Source of the DNA: Candidatus Nealsonbacteria bacterium
Lineage (GTDB): Bacteria > Patescibacteriota > Minisyncoccia > Minisyncoccales > PWPS01
Reading direction: 5' to 3'
Assembly (NCBI GenBank): GCA_003555075.1
Contig: PWHW01000002.1
Span: forward strand, 14,856 to 78,855
DNA: 64,000 bases
How positions within the stretch are numbered: position 1 is the stretch's first letter; the number at the start of each line of letters is the position of its first letter. The notes beneath the pieces were generated by a model, which saw only the letters and a list, made by a program, of their open reading frames with translations, was not told where the DNA came from and ran no database searches. Position numbers and translations under genes: made by a program. This document shows positions 1 to 9,151 of this stretch, piece by piece.

Positions 1-2
1 GC

Positions 3-818
3 GAAGAAGATTCTCTCATAGATTATGAGGAAGTGAGGGAGATTGCCATGAGAGAAAGGCCGAAATTGATATTTGCGGGGACAACTTCTTACCCTCGTGT
101 TTTGGACTTTGAGAGATTCAGAGAAATAGCCGATGAAGTGGGCGCTTATCTTTGTGCAGATGTCTCTCACATTTCGGGATTGATAGTTGCGGGAGAGCAT
201 CCGAGTCCGACAGATCACGCTCATATCATTACCACTACCACTCATAAAACGCTTCGCGGACCAAGAGGTGCTCTAATAATGGTGACCGAATCAGGAATGA
301 AAAAAGACAGCGATCTGCCTGAAAAAATAAACAAAGCGGTGTTCCCGGGACTTCAGGGAGGGCCACACCAACATCAAATAGCGGCAATAGCGGTTTGCTT
401 GAAAGAAGCAATGAGTGATTCTTTTAAGGAGTATGGAAGCCAAGTGGCAAGGAATGCAAGAATGCTTTCCGAGGAGCTGTCGGAAAAAGGTTTTAAGGTT
501 GTTTCGGGAGGAACCGACAACCATCTCATGCTTCTTGATCTAAAAAGCAAGGATACTACAGGAAAAAAAGCTCAAGAGTTTCTCGAAAAAGCGGGTATTA
601 TTGTCAATAAAAATGCTATTCCGTTCGACCCTCTTCCTCCTGCCACCTCTTCGGGCATAAGACTAGGGACTCCCGCTCTTACTACCAGAGGAATGAAGGA
701 AGAGCAAATGAAGGAAGTGGCAACTCTTATAGATGAGGTGATCAAGGAACCTGGTGAGAAAAAAATTGCGGATATCAGAAGCAGAGTAAAGAGTATCTGC
801 GAAAAGTTTCCAGCTTAA
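3..818 (+). CDS. glyA: Serine hydroxymethyltransferase, C-terminal part (5' end off-window)
   Basis: Reading frame stays open to the window edge. PLP-lysine motif TTTTHKTLRGPRG and FPGLQGGPHQHQIAA are present. Confidence 0.95.
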   Translation, partial: EEDSLIDYEEVREIAMRERPKLIFAGTTSYPRVLDFERFREIADEVGAYLCADVSHISGLIVAGEHPSPTDHAHIITTTTHKTLRGPRGALIMVTESGMKKDSDLPEKINKAVFPGLQGGPHQHQIAAIAVCLKEAMSDSFKEYGSQVARNARMLSEELSEKGFKVVSGGTDNHLMLLDLKSKDTTGKKAQEFLEKAGIIVNKNAIPFDPLPPATSSGIRLGTPALTTRGMKEEQMKEVATLIDEVIKEPGEKKIADIRSRVKSICEKFPA

Positions 819-830
819 TGATCAAAAATC

Positions 831-1649
831 ATGATGATAATGGATGGTAAAAAGATAGCACGAGAAAAGTTTTCGGAACTTGAAGAGAAAATGAAAGAAA
901 GGGTGAACCCTCTTTCTTTGGCGGTGGTTTGCGTGGGAAAGGATCCAGTGTCTTCTGTTTATGTAGGAAAAAAGGAGAAGGAGCTTTCAAAAAGAGGTGT
1001 TGTTGTTTCTGTCTATAATTATAAGAAAGACATACAAGAGAAGAGGTTAAAAGAGGAAGTCCGTTCTTTGAAAGAGAATGGGATCATTGTGCAACTTCCT
1101 TTGCCGGAAAGCCTTCAAACTCGTGAAGTACTTGATTCTATCAAGAAAGAAAAGGATGTTGACCTTCTTTCTTCCGTTTCTTGCGGTGAGTTTTACACAG
1201 GGACCGCAAAGACCACCCCTCCCGTGGTGGGTGCGGTAAGCACTCTTCTTGAAGAGTATAAAGTAGAGTGTAAGGGAAAGAATGTGGTACTTATCGGAGG
1301 AGGAGCGCTGGTCGGAAAACCTTTGGCAATTCATTTCATAAAAGAAGAGGCTACCGTTACTGTTGTTAATAGATACACGAAAAATCTTAAGTTATTCACA
1401 AGAGAAGCAGATATTCTGGTTTCCGGAGCGGGAAAACCGGGGCTCATAAGGGGTGATATGGTGAAAGAAGGATCAACGGTCATTGATGCGGGCACAAGCA
1501 GTAGCTCGGGAGAATTAAAAGGAGATGTTGATGCGGATTCTCTAAAGGATAAACCGTCACTTTTTTCACCTGTTCCCGGAGGGGTGGGACCTTTGACGGT
1601 CTATCATTTGGCAAACAACCTAAGATTATTGGAAAATGATAATAGATAA
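831..1649 (+). CDS. folD: Bifunctional methylene-THF dehydrogenase / methenyl-THF cyclohydrolase
   Basis: Motifs IIVQLPLP, VVLIGGGALVGKPLA and PVPGGVGPLT. Lies directly after glyA. Confidence 0.93.
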   Translation: MMIMDGKKIAREKFSELEEKMKERVNPLSLAVVCVGKDPVSSVYVGKKEKELSKRGVVVSVYNYKKDIQEKRLKEEVRSLKENGIIVQLPLPESLQTREVLDSIKKEKDVDLLSSVSCGEFYTGTAKTTPPVVGAVSTLLEEYKVECKGKNVVLIGGGALVGKPLAIHFIKEEATVTVVNRYTKNLKLFTREADILVSGAGKPGLIRGDMVKEGSTVIDAGTSSSSGELKGDVDADSLKDKPSLFSPVPGGVGPLTVYHLANNLRLLENDNR

Positions 1650-2172
1650 AAATGCATTGTTTTTATTGAATGAGCTAACGGGAAGATATTTCTATCTAGA
1701 TTTCTTCTTCTTTTTTCTGGCGGACATACTTCCTTATCTCCTTGCTCTTCCGTTCTTATATCTTCTTTTAAGGAATATGAAGAAACATGGGTGGTTTGCA
1801 GGAGAAGCTCTTTTTGCAGGATTCTTTGCAAGGTATGCTTTGGTAGAACCAATTCGTCATATATTCCCCAGAGAGAGGCCTTATCAAATATTTGAAGAGA
1901 TCAACCTCATTCTCCCTTTCAAGGAAAGTCTCTCTTATCCTTCAGGGCATATGGCTTTCTTGTTCGCACTATCCACCATAGTGTTTTCTCATAATGAGAA
2001 ATGGGGAGTATTGTTTTATGTACTTTCTTTCATTTCGGGTTTTTCCAGGGTGGTCACAGGCATTCATTGGCCCCTTGACGTACTTTCCGGGATGCTTCTG
2101 GGTATTTTGGGCGGAATGATCATAGAGGGCATGGCAAGAGCCATTAAAAAAGAAAAAGAAAAGGGGGATTGA
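1636..2172 (+). CDS. PAP2-family membrane phosphatase (undecaprenyl-diphosphatase-like)
   Basis: PAP2 motifs PSGH and SRVVTGIHWPLDV, with several hydrophobic helices. Confidence 0.8.
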   Translation: MIIDKNALFLLNELTGRYFYLDFFFFFLADILPYLLALPFLYLLLRNMKKHGWFAGEALFAGFFARYALVEPIRHIFPRERPYQIFEEINLILPFKESLSYPSGHMAFLFALSTIVFSHNEKWGVLFYVLSFISGFSRVVTGIHWPLDVLSGMLLGILGGMIIEGMARAIKKEKEKGD

Positions 2173-2229
2173 CAGCAAGGGGAATAATTTTATAATTGCC
2201 GCAAAAATTTTGAAATAGGAGGGATAAAG

Positions 2230-2382
2230 ATGGCGGACCTCACTCTCTGCCTGAGGATCATCGACAAACTTACAAAGGAGATGAGGTATGTTGATGCTCC
2301 GGTGAGAGAGCAGCACAGAAAAAAAATAATACAGGTGCACGAAGAGATATACCATATGCTGTGTTCGGGGGGTTGCTCGTAA
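2230..2382 (+). CDS. Small hypothetical protein (50 aa), absent from the ORF track
   Basis: ATG 7 nt after AGGAGGG. The ORF MADLTLCLRIIDKLTKEMRYVDAP...CSGGCS is followed by a terminator hairpin. Confidence 0.35.
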   Translation: MADLTLCLRIIDKLTKEMRYVDAPVREQHRKKIIQVHEEIYHMLCSGGCS

Positions 2383-2391
2383 TCCACTTTA

Positions 2392-2419
2392 AAACCCGGT
2401 TTTTTGCCGGGTTTTCGTT
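2392..2419. terminator. Bidirectional intrinsic terminator (small ORF on +, tRNA-Leu on -)
   Basis: AAACCCGG / CCGGGTTT stem with a 7-nt loop. T-runs are present on both strands. Confidence 0.6.
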
Positions 2420-2506
2420 TGGTGCCGAGGGCGGGATTCGAACCCGCACGGGCTTGGGCCCACGGCATTTTGAGTGCCGCGTGTATACCAGTTCCACCAC
2501 CTCGGC
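2420..2506 (-). tRNA. tRNA-Leu (anticodon CAA), long variable arm, CCA encoded
   Basis: Hand-folded cloverleaf: acceptor GCCGAGG/CCTCGGC, anticodon loop CTCAAAA, T-arm GCGGGTTCGAATCCCGC, 3' ACCA. Confidence 0.9.
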
Positions 2507-2609
2507 TTTAAAAGCTTTTATATTCTACCAAAAAAGCTTCTCTTGTAAAATACGAAAATTTTGTTATACTCAATCCCGACCATAAAAGGAGGAATTCAGT
2601 GATAATTAT

Positions 2610-2996
2610 ATGAGAACCACCAAGAAGACCCAATATGCTCTACGTGCAATGATATTGCTTGGAAAGAAAGAAGAGTCAAGACCTTTGAGTTATATTGCAA
2701 AAAAGGAAGGTATTTCTGTTCATTATTTGGAAAAGATTTTTTCTAAGCTTGAGGAGAGCGGTCTTGTGGAATCCAAAAGAGGAACTAAAGGGGGTTATTT
2801 CTTAAAAAAGAATTCCAGCAATGTAACATTGGAAGACATATTCAACGCTGTCGGAGAAGATGTCTCTGTTGCTGATTGTGTGACAAGCGGTTGTTCACGC
2901 AACAAAAAGTGCAAAGCTGCCAAAGCTTGGAAAAAGATAGATGAAAAAATAAAGAACGCACTTTCTTCTATAAAATTATCAGATTTATTGGATTAA
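2610..2996 (+). CDS. Rrf2-family transcriptional regulator (IscR-like)
   Basis: N-terminal wHTH pattern TQYALRAM...IAKKEGISVHYLEKIFSKL. Cys cluster CVTSGCSRNKKC. Sits upstream of iscS/iscU. Confidence 0.85.
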   Translation: MRTTKKTQYALRAMILLGKKEESRPLSYIAKKEGISVHYLEKIFSKLEESGLVESKRGTKGGYFLKKNSSNVTLEDIFNAVGEDVSVADCVTSGCSRNKKCKAAKAWKKIDEKIKNALSSIKLSDLLD

Positions 2997-2998
2997 AA

Positions 2999-4144
2999 AT
3001 GAAAAAAATATATCTTGATTATGCGGCAACTACTCCTGTTGATAAGGAGGTTTCCCGGAAGATAGAAGTCTTCTCGGAGGATAAGTTCGGGAACCCCTCA
3101 TCCCTTCATTCGTTCGGGCAAGAAGCTCTTTTTGCCATGGACCATTCGAGGGAAGTGGTCGCTGATTTTCTTAATTGTAAAAGAAAAGAGGTTTATTTTC
3201 TTTCTTCTGCAACAGAGGCCAATAATTTGGCAGTGTTTGGGGTTTTAAAAAAAAGAAATGATCCTCATGTTATCGCCTCTCCTATTGAACATAAGGCGGT
3301 ACTGGAGCCGATAAAAAGAAGCGGGGCGAGCTTTGACCATCTTCCTGTTTCGAGTGATGGAATTGTTAAAAAAGAAAAATTGAAGGAATTGATAAGAGAG
3401 AATACAGTCCTTGTTTCCATAGGGTATGCAAACAGTGAGATAGGAACGTTACAACCCTTAAAAGAGATAAGTGAGATCATCAGGGAGGAGAACAAAAAAA
3501 GAAAAGAAAAAATAATTTTCCACACAGATGCCGTACAAGCAGCGAATTACCTATCTTGCGATGTACAAAGTTTGGGAGTTGACCTTTTGACGATAAGCGG
3601 GCACAAGATGTACGGACCAAAGGGAGCAGCGGCACTTTTCATTAAAGAGGGCGTTGATGTTTCTCCCATTATTTATGGTGCTTCTCAAGAAAAAGGATTG
3701 AGGCCCGGAACAGAGAATGTTTATGCGATAGCCGGATTGGCCGCTGCTATAGAGGTCCTGGATAAGAATGACAATGAAAGGACCGAGGAGTTGAGGGACA
3801 GGATTGTAAGAGGAGTTTTAAGCGAGTTACCCGATGCCAAAGTGAACGGAAGCATGAAAGATAGGCTTCCCAATAACATTAATTTTACTTTCAAAGGAGC
3901 AGAAGGGGAAAGTATAATGATCGCCTTGGATAGAGAGGGAGTGGCCGTATCGACCGGTTCGGCATGTGCCTCTAATTCGTTATCCCCCTCTCATGTACTT
4001 CTTTCACTGGGGCTTTCTCATGAAGAGGCGCACGGGTCCATAAGAGTCTCCTTGGGACGCTTTACAACCAAAGAGGAGGTTGATTTTTTCATAGAAAAAT
4101 TGCCTTCTATAGTTAATAAATTAAGAATGATCTCGGGAAAATGA
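2999..4144 (+). CDS. iscS: Cysteine desulfurase, class I (NifS/IscS type)
   Basis: PLP-lysine motif SGHKMYGPKG and catalytic loop STGSACAS. Confidence 0.92.
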   Translation: MKKIYLDYAATTPVDKEVSRKIEVFSEDKFGNPSSLHSFGQEALFAMDHSREVVADFLNCKRKEVYFLSSATEANNLAVFGVLKKRNDPHVIASPIEHKAVLEPIKRSGASFDHLPVSSDGIVKKEKLKELIRENTVLVSIGYANSEIGTLQPLKEISEIIREENKKRKEKIIFHTDAVQAANYLSCDVQSLGVDLLTISGHKMYGPKGAAALFIKEGVDVSPIIYGASQEKGLRPGTENVYAIAGLAAAIEVLDKNDNERTEELRDRIVRGVLSELPDAKVNGSMKDRLPNNINFTFKGAEGESIMIALDREGVAVSTGSACASNSLSPSHVLLSLGLSHEEAHGSIRVSLGRFTTKEEVDFFIEKLPSIVNKLRMISGK

Positions 4145-4524
4145 AAAACAAAGGATATTATTCAGAGGAAACAATGAAGAGATTTTTGAACCCCGAGCAC
4201 TTTGGAGAGATGAAGGATGCAAACGGAGTGGGTAAAGTGGGTAATCCTCGTTGCGGAGATGAGATGACGGTTTATATAAAAGTAGAAGAGGGAATAATAA
4301 AGAAGGCATCCTTCCAGACCTGGGGCTGTGCGGCTGCAATCGCTACTTCTGATGTTGTATGTGAAATGGTCAAGGGTAAGCATGTTAAAGAAGCACTTTC
4401 TCTCACCGAGAAGGAGATGGTGGAAAAGCTAAAAAAGCTACCGGCGCTTAAAGTGCATTGCGCCTCTTTAGCCATAAAAGGACTTAAGGAAGCTATTGAT
4501 GATTACGGAAAAGAGGGCAAATAA
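4141..4524 (+). CDS. iscU: Fe-S cluster assembly scaffold (IscU/NifU N-terminal type)
   Basis: Three conserved Cys contexts: NPRCGD, WGCAAAIA and HCASLA. ATGA overlap with iscS. Confidence 0.9.
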   Translation: MKNKGYYSEETMKRFLNPEHFGEMKDANGVGKVGNPRCGDEMTVYIKVEEGIIKKASFQTWGCAAAIATSDVVCEMVKGKHVKEALSLTEKEMVEKLKKLPALKVHCASLAIKGLKEAIDDYGKEGK

Positions 4525-5533
4525 AAAGAGAGTGTTAGTGGGTCTTTCGGGGGGAGTAGATTCCTCTGCGGCTTCCGTGATACTCAAAGAGAAAGGTTAT
4601 TCGGTAACAGGGATCTTCTTGGAATTCTGGGAAGAAGGAGCGTGTTGCAATTCTCAGGCTCAAGAGAGAGCGAGGGATGTTTGCAGGAGACTTAATATTC
4701 CTTTTTACGTATTGAATGTGAAAAGGGAATTCAAAGAAAGAGTTGTAAATTATTTTTTGGAATCCTACAAAAAAGGGGAAACTCCCAATCCTTGTGTGGT
4801 CTGTAACAAGGAAGTGAAGTTCAGGACCCTAGTGGAAAAACTTATTTCCTTTGACTCCGATTATATTGCTACGGGCCATTATGTACGTAAAGATGAATCC
4901 GGCGATGATGTGCGTTTATTGAAAGGAGCGGACAAAAAAAAGGATCAATCTTATTTTCTTTGGAATATTAAAAAAGAATGGCTTCCTTCCATTTTATTTC
5001 CCTTGGGAGAGCTCAAAAAAGAAGAAGTAAGGAATATAGCGAGAAGACACGATCTTCCTGTCGCAAATGTAAGAGAATCTCAAGAAGTGTGCTTTGTGGA
5101 TGGGAGCATGAAAAGATTCTTAAAAAATAATCTCGGAGGGGAGTCGGGTGATATTTTTGATAAAGAGGGGAGTTTTTTGGGAAGGCATAATGGTCTTTTT
5201 CATTATACTATTGGCCAAAGAAAGGGTCTTGGGCTTTCCGGCGGGCCATATTATGTCCTCTTCAAGGACCTTAAAAATAATCAATTGGTGGTTACAAAAG
5301 ATGAAAAAGATATTTGCAAAAAAGAACTTTTCTTTAAAGATGGTAACTTTATTAGAAGAGAAAGATTTCCTTTTGAGGCAGAGGTGAAAATAAGATATAA
5401 CACCCAGGCTTCCAAGGCAATTGTTGAAGAAGAAAAAGTGACATTTCTAAAACCGCAAAGAGCCGTAGCAACCGGTCAATCAGCGGTATTTTACAAAGGG
5501 GAAGAGCTTATAGGAGGAGGAGTGATAAAATGA
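4496..5533 (+). CDS. mnmA: tRNA-specific 2-thiouridylase
   Basis: PP-loop VLVGLSGGVDSS, plus NPCVVCN and ATGHY motifs. Confidence 0.93.
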   Translation: MMITEKRANKKRVLVGLSGGVDSSAASVILKEKGYSVTGIFLEFWEEGACCNSQAQERARDVCRRLNIPFYVLNVKREFKERVVNYFLESYKKGETPNPCVVCNKEVKFRTLVEKLISFDSDYIATGHYVRKDESGDDVRLLKGADKKKDQSYFLWNIKKEWLPSILFPLGELKKEEVRNIARRHDLPVANVRESQEVCFVDGSMKRFLKNNLGGESGDIFDKEGSFLGRHNGLFHYTIGQRKGLGLSGGPYYVLFKDLKNNQLVVTKDEKDICKKELFFKDGNFIRRERFPFEAEVKIRYNTQASKAIVEEEKVTFLKPQRAVATGQSAVFYKGEELIGGGVIK

Positions 5534-5760
5534 TCTTAACTCATAATAAAATTGAGATAAAAACTATGTTCAATGAAAATAGTAAATTATCGGAAATAAT
5601 AAGAACAGAAAAAGGGAGGGAGATTCTGGAAAGGTATGGAGTTCCCTGCCTTTCTTGTGCGATGTTCTCCAGCGAGGCGGATCAGTTAAAGATAGGAGAG
5701 GTGGCCGATATATACAAACTTGATAAAGATGCCATATTAAAGGAATTAAACGAACAATGA
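5530..5760 (+). CDS. DUF1858-like small redox-disulfide (CxxC) protein
   Basis: Pattern ILERYGVPCLSCAM...LDKDAILKELN resembles the hybrid-cluster-protein-associated redox disulfide domain. ATGA overlap with mnmA. Confidence 0.6.
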   Translation: MILTHNKIEIKTMFNENSKLSEIIRTEKGREILERYGVPCLSCAMFSSEADQLKIGEVADIYKLDKDAILKELNEQ

Positions 5761-5764
5761 TCTT

Positions 5765-6922
5765 ATGCAAAGTAATATTTGCGCAATTTGCCATTACGGT
5801 GAAATAGGGCTGAAAGGAAAGAACCGCCGGTTCTTTGAAAGACAGCTGGTATCAAACATCAGGGAGTTACTGCCCGATTCGGACGTTTCCGCTCCGCGAG
5901 GAAGAGTGGTGGTGTCAAGCAACAGAAAGGATCTAAAAGAAATTCTTGAAAGGATCCCCGGAATTGTTTATTTCTTTTTTGCGGAAGTTGTTAATTCTTC
6001 TATTGAAGATATGGAAAAAAGAGCAGTAACTCTTTTGAAAGAAAGAAACTTTGAGAGTTTCAGGGTTACGGTGAAGAGGTCGGACAAATCCTTTGAACTT
6101 TCTTCTTATGAGATTGCCTGCAAACTGGGAGAAGTAATAAACAAAGAAACGGGGAAGAGAGTGGATCTTTCTAACCCTGATATTACTTGCTGGGTAGAGA
6201 TACATCCGAAGGTTACTTATATTTATGTTGAAAAGATGAAAGGAGTTGGAGGCCTTCCCGTGGGAACAGGCGGAAAGGCGGTATCTCTTTTATCGGGAGG
6301 TATAGACTCACCTGTCGCATCCTTTAGGACAATAAAAAGAGGGGTGAAAAATATATTCGTTCATTTTCATGCTTATCCCACTACTTCCAAAGAATCAATT
6401 GATAAGGCAAAGAGCATTACGAGCAAGCTTTCTTCTTATCAAGGAGAAACAACGCTTTACCTCATTCCTTTTGATGAATTGCAAAAAGAGATAGTTCTTG
6501 GAGCAAAGGAAAGCTTAAGAGTGCTTTTATATCGTAGGATCATGGTGAGCATTGCCTGCGAGATTGCTAAAAAAGAAGGTGCGGGAGCATTGGTGACCGG
6601 TGAAAGCTTGGGGCAGGTCGCCTCTCAAACAATGGAGAATATAAGGGTGACCGATGATGCTGCTGATATTCCCATTTTTCGTCCTCTTTTGGGTTATGAT
6701 AAAGAAGAGATCATAGAAGAAGCAAAGAACCTGGGTACTTATGATATATCCATCCTTCCTGAGGATGATTGTTGCGTCAGGTTCCTGCCCCATAACCCGG
6801 AAACCAAAGGAGAAATACATGTCACAAAAACGGAAGAAGAAAGGATTTTAAACAAGGACTCCGTCATAAGGGAGGTGATTGAGAATTCCGAGAGAGAAAT
6901 CATCAGACCACGATTTCTATGA
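5765..6922 (+). CDS. thiI: tRNA 4-thiouridine synthase ThiI (no rhodanese domain)
   Basis: Ferredoxin-like/THUMP N-terminus and PP-loop LLSGGIDSPVA. At 385 aa it ends right after the PP-ATPase domain. Confidence 0.9.
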   Translation: MQSNICAICHYGEIGLKGKNRRFFERQLVSNIRELLPDSDVSAPRGRVVVSSNRKDLKEILERIPGIVYFFFAEVVNSSIEDMEKRAVTLLKERNFESFRVTVKRSDKSFELSSYEIACKLGEVINKETGKRVDLSNPDITCWVEIHPKVTYIYVEKMKGVGGLPVGTGGKAVSLLSGGIDSPVASFRTIKRGVKNIFVHFHAYPTTSKESIDKAKSITSKLSSYQGETTLYLIPFDELQKEIVLGAKESLRVLLYRRIMVSIACEIAKKEGAGALVTGESLGQVASQTMENIRVTDDAADIPIFRPLLGYDKEEIIEEAKNLGTYDISILPEDDCCVRFLPHNPETKGEIHVTKTEEERILNKDSVIREVIENSEREIIRPRFL

Positions 6923-7176
6923 ATAATAAAAAATTCAAAAAAAAGGTTCATGAAGTGGTCAAAAGAATTCCCCCGGGTGTTACTTTCAGCTATAAAGAGG
7001 TTGCCAAAAGAGCGGGAAATCGCAGGGCTTGCAGGGCGGTGGGAAAAATATTGAGCAACAATAAGGATACCTCTATTCCCTGTCACAGGGTTATAAGAGC
7101 GGACGGATCCATCGGAGGTTATAACGAGGGGATGAAAGAAAAAATAAAAAAATTACGAAAAGAGGGAGCGATGTAG
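6919..7176 (+). CDS. Methylated-DNA-protein-cysteine methyltransferase, DNA-binding/active-site domain only (85 aa)
   Basis: Active-site motif IPCHRVIRADGSIGGY. ATGA overlap with thiI. Confidence 0.8.
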   Translation: MNNKKFKKKVHEVVKRIPPGVTFSYKEVAKRAGNRRACRAVGKILSNNKDTSIPCHRVIRADGSIGGYNEGMKEKIKKLRKEGAM

Positions 7177-7262
7177 GTTGAAAGACCTTCTTCTTTTTTG
7201 TATAATCTTTAAGCTTTCAAAGGTCATCGCAAAAATAACGACGACAAATTTTTATTATTTTT

Positions 7263-7424
7263 ATGAGTGAAGGTTATTGCGTAAAGTGTAGAGAAAAGAG
7301 GGAGATGGAGAACGAGGAAGAGGTAGAAATAAGAGGAAAGGGGGACACAAAAAAAAGAGCTCTTACCGGCACCTGTCCTTTTTGCAAAAAAAAGATATTC
7401 AAAATACTGGGAAAGGCGAATTAA
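7263..7424 (+). CDS. Zinc-ribbon miniprotein (53 aa), absent from the ORF track
   Basis: MSEGYCVKCREK...LTGTCPFCKKKIFKILGKAN carries two CxxC pairs about 30 aa apart. The 80-aa ORF on the opposite strand has no motifs. Confidence 0.5.
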   Translation: MSEGYCVKCREKREMENEEEVEIRGKGDTKKRALTGTCPFCKKKIFKILGKAN

Positions 7425-7469
7425 TCCTTTCTTAAATAAGGCTGCCCTGAGAGGCGGTTTCGGCATTCT

Positions 7470-8309
7470 ATGAAAAAAGAGCTCGTTTTGGGGTTGGCGA
7501 CATTGATCCTTTTTGTCTTAAATCTTTTTTCTTGGAATTTTCTTTTATTCCTAAACGAAAATGAATTCAGGGTTATTTTCTTTGATGTGGGGCAAGGGGA
7601 TGCCATACTTATCAGAACGCCTCAGAATCATCATATTTTGATCGATGGCGGTCCGGGGGAAAAGATCTTGGAAAAGCTGGAAGATGAGATTCCTTTTTTG
7701 TATAAACATATAGACCTTGTTATCTTAACCCATCCGCATTATGACCATGTTTCCGGTCTTTTTGGAGTAATAGAATATTATGATGTTGAGGAGATAATTT
7801 GTACCGGAGTGACGGGGGAAGAAAGGGTTTCAAGAAAATGGAAGAAGTTGTTGAAAAAGGAGGGGTATAAGAAGGCCATGGCGGGAAAAAGAATATCTGG
7901 AAATAACTTTTATCTCGATATCTTGTATCCTGAAGAAGAATTGAAAGGAAAGAAAGTGAGTGATTTGAACGAAGCTTCTGTGGTTTCTCGTTTTGTTTTT
8001 GATGATAGCTACAGTTTTCTTTTTACAGGAGATGCATACAAGAAACAGGAAGGAGAGATATTGGATAGTTGCAACCAAGAATGCGATCTTGATACCGATA
8101 TTCTAAAAGTGGGGCACCACGGATCTAACACCTCTACTTCGGAGAAGTTTCTTCTTGAAACTTCTCCCAGTGAAGCGGTGATAATGGTAGGAAAGGATAA
8201 TCCTTATGGGCATCCGCACAGAGATGTTATCAGGAGACTCAAGTCATTTGGGGTGGAAGTGAGGAGAACTGACAAAGAAGGTGATATAATCTTCAAAAAG
8301 GAAATGTAA
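7470..8309 (+). CDS. ComEC/Rec2-related metallo-beta-lactamase domain protein, membrane anchored
   Basis: N-terminal TM helix, then FFDVGQGDAILI, HPHYDHVSGL and KVGHHGS motifs typical of the ComEC C-terminal MBL domain. Confidence 0.8.
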   Translation: MKKELVLGLATLILFVLNLFSWNFLLFLNENEFRVIFFDVGQGDAILIRTPQNHHILIDGGPGEKILEKLEDEIPFLYKHIDLVILTHPHYDHVSGLFGVIEYYDVEEIICTGVTGEERVSRKWKKLLKKEGYKKAMAGKRISGNNFYLDILYPEEELKGKKVSDLNEASVVSRFVFDDSYSFLFTGDAYKKQEGEILDSCNQECDLDTDILKVGHHGSNTSTSEKFLLETSPSEAVIMVGKDNPYGHPHRDVIRRLKSFGVEVRRTDKEGDIIFKKEM

Positions 8310-8383
8310 AAAAGTGAGATTTGTAGTTTAACGTTTTTTTTATATAATTATCCCAGGAATTTAAAAGATAAAGATAGAAAAAA

Positions 8384-9091
8384 ATGAATAACAACGAAGA
8401 GTTCGATCTATCGCAACTTCCCGACGCGGAACTTCCTCCAACAAAAGAGGATTTTCGGGAAACCTTCCAATGGAGGATCTTTCGGATCATGGCCGAATTC
8501 GTGGAAGGTTTTCAATTCGTTACGGATTTTAAGAAATCGGTAACCATATTCGGTTCCAGTTCTTTCAGTGAGAATAATGAGAACTATGAAAAAGCGAGGC
8601 TTTTGGGGCAGATGCTTGCTAGGAATGATTTTGCTGTGATCACAGGAGGGGGGCCGGGAATAATGGAAGCGGCAAACAGAGGAGCGCACGAAAAAGACGG
8701 AGATTCGGTGGGTATAAACATTCAAATAGAAACAGGAGAAAGAGCCAATAAATATTTGAAGCACTCCATAGGATTCTATTATTTCTTTACTCGTAAGGTC
8801 ATGCTCTCTTTTTCTTTCTCGGGGTATATATTTTTTCCCGGAGGATTTGGAACCCTTGACGAATTCTTTGAAATAATTACTCTTGTTCAAACAAAAAAGA
8901 TTCCCAAAAAGGTTGCCGTGGTGGCGGTGGGAAGAGATTATTGGGAACCTCTTTTTGAGTGGATAAGAAATGATCTTTGTTATAAGTATAAAACAATAAA
9001 AGAGGAGAATTTGGAGATATTTCATTTGGTTGATACGCCTGAAGAAGCTTTGGAGATCGTGAAAAGGACCATTGAAGAAAACAATAATTAA
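8384..9091 (+). CDS. LOG-family (TIGR00730-like) nucleotide 5'-monophosphate nucleosidase
   Basis: Motifs GGGPGIMEAANRGA and PGGFGTLDEFFE. Confidence 0.85.
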   Translation: MNNNEEFDLSQLPDAELPPTKEDFRETFQWRIFRIMAEFVEGFQFVTDFKKSVTIFGSSSFSENNENYEKARLLGQMLARNDFAVITGGGPGIMEAANRGAHEKDGDSVGINIQIETGERANKYLKHSIGFYYFFTRKVMLSFSFSGYIFFPGGFGTLDEFFEIITLVQTKKIPKKVAVVAVGRDYWEPLFEWIRNDLCYKYKTIKEENLEIFHLVDTPEEALEIVKRTIEENNN

Positions 9092-9151
9092 TTTATGAAT
9101 TTTAGGAGGTCTGTTTGAAATTGAGGAAGGTGATCATATAAGAACAGACTC

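Noticed and set aside
7224-7466. 80-aa minus-strand ORF from the track
   Set aside because: It has no motif or SD. The plus strand encodes a compact Cys4 zinc-ribbon ORF (7263-7424) that better explains the region.
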